Assembly (NCBI GenBank): GCA_003511825.1
Contig: DOIU01000060.1
Coordinates: forward strand, 1 to 38,612
Length of the DNA stretch: 38,612 nucleotides
DNA from: Gammaproteobacteria bacterium
GTDB lineage: Bacteria > Pseudomonadota > Gammaproteobacteria > Granulosicoccales > Granulosicoccaceae
Direction of reading: 5' to 3'
In this document: positions 10,248 to 20,221 of the stretch, piece by piece
Layout of the letters: every line of letters starts with the position of its first letter
Numbering within the stretch: the stretch's first letter is position 1
The notes under the pieces: generated by a model
Databases searched by the model: none
The model's input: the letters and a program-made list of their open reading frames with translations, nothing else
What the model was told of the DNA's origin: nothing
Made by a program: the position numbers and the translations under genes

Positions 10248-11525
10248 TTAGATACCTGTGACAGAGTCGTGCAGGTGAATCGGTCGCGTGGATTCCATGA
10301 TCAGGCCATAGCTGACCTTATCGAAGGTGCGGAACACCATGAGCACACCGATCCGTGTATTCGGGATATCGACATAATCATGCGGTTTGCCACTGAAGCG
10401 ATCGCGAATACGTCCGCCGCGGTGTTCAATCGCCATGACGTCACCGACGCGCACGCCCTCGCGGTCACCGAGGTTAACGACGACCACTTGGTTGCGGCCG
10501 GTCTGGCTGATCGCGTTGAACAAGGACACGATTTTGCCCTCGCCCTCAATTTGCGGCACGCGGGGCACGTAGTTGTGCACGACGTAGTTTTGATTTTGTG
10601 ACAGTACACGGTCGCCGGCGATGGTTTCCATCTTGGCGGCAGTAATCAGCATGGTTGCCGGGTCGCCCGTCTGCAGCAGTCTGGCATCACTGACGTGGGT
10701 AATCTCAACGCCAAGTTCTTCACCGCTGTCGGGGTCAACCAACGCTTTGTTCCGGCGAAACACGCCGTAGCTGGATTGTTCGGGATTGATCTCGCCCCGG
10801 ACATAGACCTGATGCCCAGACGCGCTGGCCAGTCGGCCTTCAAAGTCGCCAATCACATACGGTGATTTTTTGACAGTGTCTTCATCCACCACGCGGGGAT
10901 AAACTAAAAACTGCTGAATCGCATCGCCCGGTATGGTCGGAATCGCATTGGCCAGCGACTCTTCGCGGATCGTCGGGGACAGACGCACGCCATCTTGCAT
11001 CGGCATGTCAGAGCGATTGAGGGTGTCGATGGTTTCGCCGTTACGCATGACGATGATCGTCGGTTTGCCGTCTACCCAGCGCAGAGCCACCTCGTCTCCG
11101 GGGTAGATTAAATGCGGGTTTTCAATCTGAGGATTGACGTCCCAGATCTCAGGCCACAGCCAGGGCTTACTCAGAAAACGACCGGAGATATCCCACAAGG
11201 TGTCGCCTTTTTGAACGGTATAAGCACCCGGTAACTGATCTCTTACCGCGTCACGTGCTTCCTGCTCTCGATTGATCGCAGACGGTCGCGGTGTAAAGGT
11301 GGCGGCCTCGGGGTCAATGACCCGAGCCTTGCCCGGCTTGGTGGATTCTTCGTAGTAATAATCGCGCGTTTCATTGTTGGCGACAGAATCCGGCTCATCA
11401 GATTTGGGTAGCGTGTTGCAGGCGCTCAGCATGACAGCCAATCCGGCTGTGGCCACGAAGGGCAGGGCGCCAATGGTGCGCTTCAGGGTAAACAAGGTCG
11501 TCTTCTCCGTATCGATTGCCGACAT
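10248..11525 (-). CDS. LysM peptidoglycan-binding protein (TsaP-like), probable lipoprotein
   Basis: YTVQKGDTLWDISGRFLSKPWLWPEIWDVNPQIENPHLIYPGD; C-terminal VFRTFDKVSYGLI; lipobox-like LSAC; conserved position between dprA and def. Confidence 0.88.
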   Translation of the reverse strand: MSAIDTEKTTLFTLKRTIGALPFVATAGLAVMLSACNTLPKSDEPDSVANNETRDYYYEESTKPGKARVIDPEAATFTPRPSAINREQEARDAVRDQLPGAYTVQKGDTLWDISGRFLSKPWLWPEIWDVNPQIENPHLIYPGDEVALRWVDGKPTIIVMRNGETIDTLNRSDMPMQDGVRLSPTIREESLANAIPTIPGDAIQQFLVYPRVVDEDTVKKSPYVIGDFEGRLASASGHQVYVRGEINPEQSSYGVFRRNKALVDPDSGEELGVEITHVSDARLLQTGDPATMLITAAKMETIAGDRVLSQNQNYVVHNYVPRVPQIEGEGKIVSLFNAISQTGRNQVVVVNLGDREGVRVGDVMAIEHRGGRIRDRFSGKPHDYVDIPNTRIGVLMVFRTFDKVSYGLIMESTRPIHLHDSVTGI

Positions 11526-11625
11526 GTTAAGGGCGTTTCAAGCACGTCCTGTGCCACAGAGCCTGCAGCAAGCCCTCGTGGCGGTGTGTTTCGCCATGGT
11601 GCATGTTCCTGATTGCCCCAATGCC

Positions 11626-11634
11626 TGCTAAAAT
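11626..11634 (+). promoter_or_regulatory. Putative extended -10 promoter for def
   Basis: TGcTAAAAT about 35 nt upstream of the def ATG. Confidence 0.35.
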
Positions 11635-11668
11635 TGAACGAATTTGCTGGGACAGGACCTTTTAACCC

Positions 11669-12172
11669 ATGGCACTCCGAGACATTCTGATTTTTCCGCA
11701 TGCGCATTTACGCAAGGTAGCAAAACCTGTGCAGACGTTTGATGCGGCCCTGGCTACCCTGGTGGAAGACATGTTTGAAACCATGTACGCCGCACCGGGT
11801 ATTGGTTTGGCGGCGACGCAGATTGACGTCCATCAGCAAGTGATCGTGATGGACATCTCCGAAGACAAAAACGAGCCACGGGTCTTTATCAACGCTGAGC
11901 TGTTGTCACAAGAGGGCGAGGTTGAGCATGAGGAAGGCTGCCTCTCCATTCCCGGTATCTACGAAAAGGTCAAACGCCCCGCACGCGTTCGTGTGCGGGC
12001 GCAAGATCAGCACGGCGAAACCTACGAGCTGGACGCTGACGGGTTGCTGGCTGTTTGCATTCAGCACGAAATCGATCACCTCAATGGCAAGTTGTTTATT
12101 GACTATCTGTCTGCGCTCAAGCGCGATCGCATCCGTAAGAAGCTCGAAAAACAAACCCGTCGCGCGGGCTGA
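11669..12172 (+). CDS. def: Peptide deformylase
   Basis: [22 protein letters not shown]. Confidence 0.97.
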   Translation: MALRDILIFPHAHLRKVAKPVQTFDAALATLVEDMFETMYAAPGIGLAATQIDVHQQVIVMDISEDKNEPRVFINAELLSQEGEVEHEEGCLSIPGIYEKVKRPARVRVRAQDQHGETYELDADGLLAVCIQHEIDHLNGKLFIDYLSALKRDRIRKKLEKQTRRAG

Positions 12173-12207
12173 ACCAGCCCGACCCCTTCCGCTCTGAGGA
12201 ACGATTT

Positions 12208-13152
12208 GTGGACTGCCAACATTTGCGGGTGATTTTTGCCGGCACGCCAGACTTTGCGGTACCCGCCTTATCGGCACTGATTGCCTCCACGCACGAGGTG
12301 GTGGCCGTCTATACCCAGCCAGATCGGCCCGCAGGTCGCGGCCGCAAGCTCTCGGCCAGCGCTGTCAAGCAGTGCGCTGAGGCACATCGTGTCCCGGTGT
12401 ATCAGCCGGAGAGTTTGCGCAATGCCGAGGCCCAGGCGGCATTGCGTGCGCTCGACGCAGACGTGATGGTGGTGGCGGCGTACGGCTTGATCTTGCCGGT
12501 GGCGGTGTTGCAGACTCCCCGCCTGGGTTGCATTAACATTCACGCGTCTTTGTTGCCGCGCTGGCGCGGCGCAGCGCCCATTCAGCGCGCGATTGAAGCG
12601 GGTGATAGCCACAGCGGCGTCACTATCATGCAAATGGCGAAAGGACTCGATACCGGTGATATGTTGCTCAAGGCGAGCGTTGAATTGGGAGCATCAATGA
12701 CGGCGGCGCAGTTGCATGATCAGCTCGCGGAGATAGGCAGCACGGCGTTGCTGCGCGTATTGCCTGCTTTATGCGCGGGTACGCTTGAGCCGGAGGTGCA
12801 AGACGACGCACTTGCGAACTATGCGCCCAAAATCACCAAGGCAGAGGCTGAGATTGACTGGTCTTTGCCGGCGGTTGAGATTCATCGAAAAGTCCGCGCC
12901 TTCAATCCTTTTCCGATCGCCTTTACGCGCTTGGACGACAAGGTGATGCGCGTGTGGGACGCGGAGCTATCGTCCGCTACGTGGGAGCCTGCGGTGCCCG
13001 GCGACATCAAGGTAGAAGATAACGCGCGCATTATTGTGGCGACGAGTGAAGGCGCGCTCGTCATCACACGGTTGCAGATGCCCGGCAAGAAACCGCTGTC
13101 GGCCGCAGAATTCTTGAACAGTCGCCAACTTGCTGGCGCACGCCTCGGTTAA
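12208..13152 (+). CDS. fmt: Methionyl-tRNA formyltransferase
   Basis: FAGTPDFA, YTQPDRPAGRG, INIHASLLPRWRGAAPIQRAI, GLDTGD. Confidence 0.96.
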   Translation: MDCQHLRVIFAGTPDFAVPALSALIASTHEVVAVYTQPDRPAGRGRKLSASAVKQCAEAHRVPVYQPESLRNAEAQAALRALDADVMVVAAYGLILPVAVLQTPRLGCINIHASLLPRWRGAAPIQRAIEAGDSHSGVTIMQMAKGLDTGDMLLKASVELGASMTAAQLHDQLAEIGSTALLRVLPALCAGTLEPEVQDDALANYAPKITKAEAEIDWSLPAVEIHRKVRAFNPFPIAFTRLDDKVMRVWDAELSSATWEPAVPGDIKVEDNARIIVATSEGALVITRLQMPGKKPLSAAEFLNSRQLAGARLG

Positions 13153-13180
13153 TCCGAGTCGATGATTGTGTGGACGTGTG

Positions 13181-14491
13181 ATGGCTAAACGGCTGATGGT
13201 TCGCGAGGGCGCCGTGATGGTTGCCTTGCGGGTGCTGCGCGATGGCCAATCGCTGTCTCGCGCATTGCCCGAGATTGCGCCGCGCGTACCCGAAAATACG
13301 CGCGCCTTGTTGCAAGAATTGAGTTACGGGTTGCTGCGTTGGCACTTGCCCTTGCAACACCTGCAACAACAGCTGGTCCCCAAGAAACTGCGCGGCAAAG
13401 ATCTGGATATCGCGCTAGCGATTCAGTTGGGTTTGTACCAGCTGCGGTCATTGTCGGTGCCTGATCACGCTGTCGTGCAAGAGACAGTTGCCGTTGCCCG
13501 TCAGCGCGGGAAACCTTGGGCACGTGGGCTGATTAATGCCGTGCTGCGTCGGTATTTGCGCGAGCGCGATGCGCTGGACGCCTCGATTGACGCCGATGAC
13601 ACGGCAGCCTTTGCGCACCCAGCGTGGCTGTTACAACGCTTCCAGGCCGATTGGCCAAACGACTGGCAGGCGCTTTGCCACGCGGGCAATCGCCGTCCTC
13701 CCATGACAGTGCGGGTTAACCAGCACCAGACTGACCGCGACGCGTATCTGTCGCAGCTGCATGCCGCCGGTATCGAGGCGCAAGCCCATCCACTGGCAGT
13801 ACATGCCATTGAACTGACGCGACCAATGGCCGTCGAACAGTTGCCAGGGTTTGATACGGGGCGGATCAGCGTGCAAGACGCGGGCGCGCAGCTTGCCGCG
13901 CAGATTCTCGCGCCGTCCGCGGGTGAACGTGTGCTCGATGCCTGTGCCGCGCCGGGTGGAAAGACCGGGCACCTCCTGGAAGCCGCACCTGAGAGCCGTG
14001 TCACCGCACTGGATAATGTGCCAGAGCGTTGCGAGAAGGTTCATCAGAATTTGTCGCGACTGGCGTTGGCCGCTGATGTCCGGTGTGCGGATGCCGCTGA
14101 TACTGGAGCCTGGTGGGACGGTGAAACTTATGATGCGATCTTGCTGGATGCGCCGTGTTCGGCGTTGGGTGTGATTCGTCGGCACCCGGATATCAAGTCA
14201 TTGCGCACGCCGTCGGATCTCGAGGCGTTGGTGCACACGCAACGGCGGTTGTTGGAGGCGCTATGGCCACTGCTGAAGCCGGGTGGGCGTTTATTGTACG
14301 CCACATGTTCGGTCGCGCGCTGTGAAAACGATGAGCAGGTGCTACGATTTATTAATTCACACGATGATGCCAGTCACAGTAAAATTGGCCTCGACTGCGG
14401 GAATGAGGAATCCACCGGGAGACAGATCCTGAGCGGACAACTCAACATGGATGGTTTTTTCTACGCACTACTTGAAAAGACTGCAGCTTGA
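13181..14491 (+). CDS. rsmB: 16S rRNA m5C967 methyltransferase RsmB/Sun
   Basis: NusB-like N-terminus, VQDAGAQ, LDACAAPGGKT, LLDAPCS, RRHPDIK, YATCS, DGFFYA. Confidence 0.95.
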   Translation: MAKRLMVREGAVMVALRVLRDGQSLSRALPEIAPRVPENTRALLQELSYGLLRWHLPLQHLQQQLVPKKLRGKDLDIALAIQLGLYQLRSLSVPDHAVVQETVAVARQRGKPWARGLINAVLRRYLRERDALDASIDADDTAAFAHPAWLLQRFQADWPNDWQALCHAGNRRPPMTVRVNQHQTDRDAYLSQLHAAGIEAQAHPLAVHAIELTRPMAVEQLPGFDTGRISVQDAGAQLAAQILAPSAGERVLDACAAPGGKTGHLLEAAPESRVTALDNVPERCEKVHQNLSRLALAADVRCADAADTGAWWDGETYDAILLDAPCSALGVIRRHPDIKSLRTPSDLEALVHTQRRLLEALWPLLKPGGRLLYATCSVARCENDEQVLRFINSHDDASHSKIGLDCGNEESTGRQILSGQLNMDGFFYALLEKTAA

Positions 14492-15102
14492 CACAGGCCG
14501 CACGGGAGACCTCTCTGATTCATATCGCCGCAAAAAGGAATGCTGCCCCGGTCAACATCCTCGCCAGCCTAATCCTGACCCTGTGCCTCGCATGGCCTGG
14601 TCTGGCGTTTGCGGGTGAGCGGGTGACGTTTGATAATGTGCGCGTATACCCTGCGCACGGACGCTACGTCATTGATCTGGATGCGCGCGTGCGCATGCGT
14701 CGTCGCCCCACGCAAGCCCTAGAAAAAGGCGTGTCGCTCTACTTTAACCTCGACGTGGATGTGTTTCGCCAACGTACCTTCTGGCCGGATAGCGTCGAGC
14801 GTTCTATTCGCAAACGCTACCGTTTGTTTTATTTTGAGCTCACTCAGCACTATCGCATCACCGAAATTCGCAGCGGTAAATCGGTCAGCTTTAAAACGCT
14901 GGACGAGGCCTCGCAGCACCTGAGCCACATTCGTGGATTGCCGTTGCTCGATGTTGCGCGCGTGAGAGACCCCGGCCGCTATCGCGTGCGGGTAAAAATG
15001 GGGCTCGATTACTCCGAGCTGCCCACACCCTTGCAATTACAAGCCTACACCACGCGCCGCTGGCGCCTGCGCAGTGAAGAGACCGTATGGCCGCTGGATT
15101 AA
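14488..15102 (+). CDS. DUF4390-type exported protein
   Basis: Signal-like hydrophobic segment, ALEKGVSLYF, LDYSELPTPLQ; conserved slot between rsmB and an ntrY-like kinase. Start uncertain. Confidence 0.75.
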   Translation: MTQAARETSLIHIAAKRNAAPVNILASLILTLCLAWPGLAFAGERVTFDNVRVYPAHGRYVIDLDARVRMRRRPTQALEKGVSLYFNLDVDVFRQRTFWPDSVERSIRKRYRLFYFELTQHYRITEIRSGKSVSFKTLDEASQHLSHIRGLPLLDVARVRDPGRYRVRVKMGLDYSELPTPLQLQAYTTRRWRLRSEETVWPLD

Positions 15103-17291
15103 CACAGCGCCTGACCAGCAGCGTTGTGCTGATGGGGGTGTTGTTCGCGGTTCTGGTTGTCTCACTTTATATTCTTAGTAGTACCACTGAAAACGTCGAT
15201 CGCTTTGGCCAGTACTATTTTTGGTTGCTGGTGGCCGACGGGTTTGCCTTATTGGTGATGACGTACTTGATCACGTCCAATGCCTGGCATTTGATGCGCG
15301 AGTTTCGTCAACGCGTGGCAGGTTCGCGATTGACGGTCAAGTTGATCGTCATGTCCGTGTTTTTGTCACTGGTGCCGGTCTCCTTGGTGTATTTCTTTTC
15401 GATAAAATTTTTGCGCACCAATATCGACAGTTTTTTTGACGTCAAGATTGAGCAAGCCTTGAATGACTCGCTGGCCTTGAGTCGCGACTCGCTGGCGCTG
15501 CAAATGCGCGTGATGCGGCGAGTGACCAGCGACGTGGCCGGGCAACTCGAAGGGATTGGCGAGGGCGACATCGTTGAGGCGCTGAACAGCATAGGCTCAC
15601 GCATTGAGGCAGAAGAGCTGACCCTACTTGATGGCCGTAATCAGGTGATCGCCAGCTCGAGCTTTACCAGTGAGCTGAGTGTGTCACCCGATCGTCCCGC
15701 TGACGATTTGGCCGAGCGTGCCCGCTCGGGTATTCCCTATGTGGGAGTGGATCCCATCGGCGATGGTGATCTGGTGATTCGCGTCGTCACACCTGTGCTG
15801 GGCGGGGATCCAGCGAAGGGGAATCGCGTACTGCAAGCCTTGTATCCTGTAGATGGGAAGTCGGGTGAGCTGGCGGTCAGTGTGCAAGAGAGTTTTCAGC
15901 GCTATCAGCAGCTTGTGTTTTTAAGTCGACCGCTGAAGCTGGGCGCCATTCTGACGCTGTCGTTGACGCTGCTATTGAGTGTGTTGATTGCGTTGTGGTT
16001 CGCGTTCTATGCCGCACGTCGCATGATGGTGCCCATTCACGATCTGGTGGAAGGGACACGGCAGGTGGCTGACGGTGATTACTCTGTCAGGATATACAAG
16101 CACGGTGATGACGAATTGCGCTACCTGGTGGAGTCATTTAATGACATGACCGGGCGGCTGGAGCGTTCGAATGAAATCGCCACGCTCAGCCGAGAGCATT
16201 TAGAGAGCCAACGGGCCTACCTGGAAACAGTCCTGCGCCATGTCTCAACCGGCGTTGTCACGCTGGAACTGGATGGCCTGCTGCGAACGGCCAACGATGC
16301 TGCGATTAATATCCTGGGTGATGCCTTGGCGGACTGTATCGGCAAGCAGTTGGATCAGACCGAGCTGGCGTCCTCGGTGGTGAAGCAGTTCTATGAGTTG
16401 AATCGCGCCTTTATAGAGCGCGGTCGCGATTGGTCGCAAGACATTGAGGTCTTCCAGAAACAGGGCAGACGTTTGCTGCTCTGTCGTGGTGCTCAATTGC
16501 ATGATCCGGCGGGCAATATTGCAGGCGTGGTGATTGTGTTTGACGATATGACAGATATCGTGCAAGCACAGCGCAATGAGGCATGGAGCGAAGTGGCGCG
16601 TCGGCTGGCGCATGAGATCAAAAACCCGCTCACGCCGATCCAATTGTCGGCCGAGCGTTTGCGGCGTAAATACCTGGCCAAAATGCAGGGCGACGACGCG
16701 GAGTTACTGGATCGCCTGACGCATACGATTGTGCAACAGGTGGATGCCATGCAGTCGATGGTCAAGGCCTTTGCCGAATATGCCAATACGCCCGCTGCCC
16801 ATTTCAAACGCACTGACATCAATCAGTTGATTCTCGAGGTGGTGGACCTCTATCGCGACGTTGATGACAAGGTCGCCTTGTCGGTGCAGCTGGGTACGAA
16901 TTTACCCTCTATTTCGGCGGATGCGACGCGGATTCGCCAGCTGTTACATAACCTCCTTAAAAACGCCCTTGAGGCGCAAAAAGACGGCACGCGGCCTTTT
17001 ATTCTGATCAGTACACGGATCGTGATGCGTGACGACTCACGCGTGCTGGAGTTGCGCGTGGAAGACCATGGACCCGGCATACCGGTTGACTTGCTTGATA
17101 AGCTCTTTGAACCTTATGTAACATCGAAGCCGAAAGGTACCGGTCTGGGGTTAGCGATTGTGAAGAAGATCGTTGAAGAACATAACGGGCGGGTGTTTGC
17201 AGAAAACACGGAAAACGGCGGTGGTTGTATCGTGATGCATTTGCCGCTGAACACCCATGTGCCGCCGCTGGAGCTCTACGTCAATGAGTGA
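15087..17291 (+). CDS. ntrY: NtrY-like membrane sensor histidine kinase (HAMP-PAS-HisKA-HATPase)
   Basis: Several TM helices, HAMP (LVESFNDMT), H-box AWSEVARRLAHEIKNPLTPIQLSAERL, NLLKNA, DHGPG, FEPYVTSKPKGTGLGL. Confidence 0.9.
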   Translation: MAAGLTQRLTSSVVLMGVLFAVLVVSLYILSSTTENVDRFGQYYFWLLVADGFALLVMTYLITSNAWHLMREFRQRVAGSRLTVKLIVMSVFLSLVPVSLVYFFSIKFLRTNIDSFFDVKIEQALNDSLALSRDSLALQMRVMRRVTSDVAGQLEGIGEGDIVEALNSIGSRIEAEELTLLDGRNQVIASSSFTSELSVSPDRPADDLAERARSGIPYVGVDPIGDGDLVIRVVTPVLGGDPAKGNRVLQALYPVDGKSGELAVSVQESFQRYQQLVFLSRPLKLGAILTLSLTLLLSVLIALWFAFYAARRMMVPIHDLVEGTRQVADGDYSVRIYKHGDDELRYLVESFNDMTGRLERSNEIATLSREHLESQRAYLETVLRHVSTGVVTLELDGLLRTANDAAINILGDALADCIGKQLDQTELASSVVKQFYELNRAFIERGRDWSQDIEVFQKQGRRLLLCRGAQLHDPAGNIAGVVIVFDDMTDIVQAQRNEAWSEVARRLAHEIKNPLTPIQLSAERLRRKYLAKMQGDDAELLDRLTHTIVQQVDAMQSMVKAFAEYANTPAAHFKRTDINQLILEVVDLYRDVDDKVALSVQLGTNLPSISADATRIRQLLHNLLKNALEAQKDGTRPFILISTRIVMRDDSRVLELRVEDHGPGIPVDLLDKLFEPYVTSKPKGTGLGLAIVKKIVEEHNGRVFAENTENGGGCIVMHLPLNTHVPPLELYVNE

Positions 17292-18663
17292 CCCTTACAT
17301 TCTGATTGTCGACGACGAGCCCGATATCCGCAGCCTCGTCCAAGAAATTCTTGAGGATGAGGGGTATAACGTCAGCGTTGCCCAGAGCGGGGAACGCGCG
17401 CGGGCCATGGTGGCGGAGCAAACGCCGCAGTTGGTGTTATTAGACATCTGGATGCCCGACGAAGACGGTGTGAGTCTGCTGAAAGACTGGCGCGAGTCGG
17501 GTGTGCTGGACTTCCCGGTTGTGATGATTTCGGGCCACGGGACGGTCGAAACCGCCGTCGAGGCAACGCGCCACGGCGCGGTGGACTTTATCGAGAAACC
17601 CTTGTCGTTGGCCAAGTTGCTGCTGACGGTGGAGAAGGCGCTGCAGGCACGAGTCTCGACGGACCCGATGGGCCACGAAACGCCTTTCGTGACGCCGTTG
17701 ATGTCACTGGTGGGCAACAGCACCTATATGACGTCGCTGCGCCAGCAAGTTACAGAAGTGGCGGCTAACGAGCGCGGTGTCTTGATCTCGGGTGAAGCGG
17801 CCAGCGGTCGAACCTTGGTGGCCCAGCATATTCACGCGTCAGGCGCGCGCGGGCGCGGGCCATTTATCGTGCTGAGTTGCGACAGTATTTCGCCCGTCAA
17901 TGCCGAGCGCGAGTTGCTGGGTGACCCCACGCATCCCAACTTGAATGTGGGTTACTTGGAGGCAGCTACCGGTGGGACTCTATTCTTGCGCGATATCGAA
18001 CAGCTCCCCCAGGCTGCCCAGGCGCTGTTGCTCGAAACCTTAGAGAAGCGGGAAATCCGTAAACGTGGCCCGGTGGCGCGACAGGTGTTTAATGCGCGCC
18101 TGGTGTGCTCCACGGGTGGGGATTTGGTCGCGTCTGTCCAGCGGGGCGCGTTTCTGAGCGCGTTGTATGCGCATCTCAGCCAAGATCAGATCATCACGCG
18201 GCCTTTGCGTGAGCACCCCGAAGACATTCCGGTGCTGCTCGAATACTATGTCAATTGGTTTGTCGAAAACGAAAGCCTGCCTTACCGACATTTTACGGTG
18301 GCAGCGCAAAATCGCTTGCTGAACATGCCGTGGCCGGGGAATCTGCTGGAGCTGAAAAACCTCGTCCAGCGGTTGATGATTCTCAGCCCGGGCGTGGAAA
18401 TCGATGTCGCACAGTTATCGGAGTTCGCTGCACCAGCGGTGTCACCGTCAGCCCATGCTGACGCCGCGAGTCTTGCGGGCATTTCTCTCGATCTGCCCTT
18501 GCGTGAGGCGCGTGCCGCATTTGAGCGCGCCTACATGCTGCATCAGTTGCACTTGGCGGAAGGAAATATCGGTGAGCTGTCAAAGCGAGTCGGGATGGAG
18601 CGCACCCATCTTTACCGTAAACTGCGCAGCCTTGAAATTGACTTGGGCAAGGTGCGCGATTGA
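17284..18663 (+). CDS. ntrX: NtrX-like response regulator (REC, degenerate AAA+, Fis HTH)
   Basis: ILIVDDE, LLDIWMP, MISGHGTVETAV, FIEKP; WPGNLLELKN; GMERTHLYRKL. GAFTGA is absent. Start ATG 17284. Confidence 0.88.
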   Translation: MSDPYILIVDDEPDIRSLVQEILEDEGYNVSVAQSGERARAMVAEQTPQLVLLDIWMPDEDGVSLLKDWRESGVLDFPVVMISGHGTVETAVEATRHGAVDFIEKPLSLAKLLLTVEKALQARVSTDPMGHETPFVTPLMSLVGNSTYMTSLRQQVTEVAANERGVLISGEAASGRTLVAQHIHASGARGRGPFIVLSCDSISPVNAERELLGDPTHPNLNVGYLEAATGGTLFLRDIEQLPQAAQALLLETLEKREIRKRGPVARQVFNARLVCSTGGDLVASVQRGAFLSALYAHLSQDQIITRPLREHPEDIPVLLEYYVNWFVENESLPYRHFTVAAQNRLLNMPWPGNLLELKNLVQRLMILSPGVEIDVAQLSEFAAPAVSPSAHADAASLAGISLDLPLREARAAFERAYMLHQLHLAEGNIGELSKRVGMERTHLYRKLRSLEIDLGKVRD

Positions 18664-18805
18664 TGATGACTAAGGCAATGTGTTGCGGCTTTCGGTACAA
18701 TCGCGCGCCTACTCATGAGAACGATTGACCATGCAGGATCGAGATACCGCCACGATGTCTTTCTCCGTCATTGGGGATTGTGGTGATGCTCGCAGGGGTT
18801 AATGG

Positions 18806-20182
18806 ATGAAGATCATAGTCTTGGGCGCGGGACAGGTCGGCTCTACCGTCGCCAACAGCTTGGCTAAGGAAAATAACGACATCACGGTGGTGGATACCAA
18901 CGCGGATGTGCTTAACGACTTGCACAACACGCTGGATATTCGCACGATTCAGGGCAGCGGGTCGCATCCGGCGATTCTCAAAGATGCCGGTGCCGAAGAT
19001 GCCGATATGATTGTTGCCGCGACCAATGCTGATGAGGTGAATATGGTCGCCTGCCAGATCGCCTACTCGATGTTTCGCACACCGACCAAAATCGCGCGTA
19101 TCCGCTCACAAGGGTATTTGGCTGAAGGCGCGCAGCTGTTTAAAAACGATAATATCCCGGTCGACGTCTTGATCAGCCCTGAGCGGTTGGTGACTGATCA
19201 TATCGAACGCATCATCGAGCATCCCGGCGCGTTGCAGGTGCTGGATTTTGCCGATGGCTTGGTCCGCTTGGTGGGCGTGATCGTGGACGAAAACGCCCCC
19301 ATGAATCAGCGTTGCCTGTCAGTACTGCAGGCCTTGTTGCCCGATGTCGAGTGCCGAGTCACGGCCATTTATCGCAATGAGAAGGGCTTTATCCCCGATG
19401 GCAAAACACTGGTGCAGGCCGGTGACATTGTCTTCTTTCTGTCCAGTCGTGCAGACACCAGCGCAGTCATGGGCCAGTTTCGGACGGTAGAGCTGCCCAA
19501 TCGACGCGTCATGATTGCCGGTGGTGGCAATATCGGCAGTGGTCTGGCGCATCGCCTTGAGGGGCGCTATCAAGTCAAAATCATTGAGGCGAACAAGGAT
19601 CGATCAGAACTCCTGGCCGCCAATCTTAAGCGCACGCTGGTGTTTGAAGGGGATGCGGCCGACCATGATTTGCTGATCTCTGAGAACATCCAAGACATGG
19701 ATGTTTTCTGTGCGCTCACGAATGATGATGAGGCCAATATCCTCTCCGCTATGCTGGCTCGGCGCATGGGCGCCGGCAAAGTCATGTCGTTGATCAATCG
19801 GCCCGCCTACGTGGATTTGGTCGAGCGTGGGTTTATTGATGTTGCTGTCTCCCCTCAGCAGGTGACCATTGGTTCGTTGCTGACACACATTCGGCGCGGC
19901 GATGTGGTAGCGGTTTACTCCTTGCGCAAGGGCGCTGCCGAAGCCATCGAAGCGGTGGCGCATGGCGATGAGACCAACTCCAAAGTCGTCGGGCGCCGTA
20001 TCGAGGACTTACCGTTGCCGCCCAGCGCGATGATTGGTGCCTTGGTGCGCGATGGTGAGATGATTATTGCGCACCACGATACCGTGATTGCCTCGGAGGA
20101 TCACATCATCTTATTGGTGGTGAACAAGGAGCATATTCGCGACGTTGAGAAGCTCTTTCAAGTCGACGTTACCTTTATGTAG
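18806..20182 (+). CDS. trkA: Trk system K+ uptake NAD-binding subunit
   Basis: MKIIVLGAGQVG, second Rossmann motif IAGGGNIG, tandem RCK domains. Confidence 0.96.
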   Translation: MKIIVLGAGQVGSTVANSLAKENNDITVVDTNADVLNDLHNTLDIRTIQGSGSHPAILKDAGAEDADMIVAATNADEVNMVACQIAYSMFRTPTKIARIRSQGYLAEGAQLFKNDNIPVDVLISPERLVTDHIERIIEHPGALQVLDFADGLVRLVGVIVDENAPMNQRCLSVLQALLPDVECRVTAIYRNEKGFIPDGKTLVQAGDIVFFLSSRADTSAVMGQFRTVELPNRRVMIAGGGNIGSGLAHRLEGRYQVKIIEANKDRSELLAANLKRTLVFEGDAADHDLLISENIQDMDVFCALTNDDEANILSAMLARRMGAGKVMSLINRPAYVDLVERGFIDVAVSPQQVTIGSLLTHIRRGDVVAVYSLRKGAAEAIEAVAHGDETNSKVVGRRIEDLPLPPSAMIGALVRDGEMIIAHHDTVIASEDHIILLVVNKEHIRDVEKLFQVDVTFM

Positions 20183-20221
20183 ATCGGGCGTTCTCATGAC
20201 GCGCCGCACGGGAATGATGCC

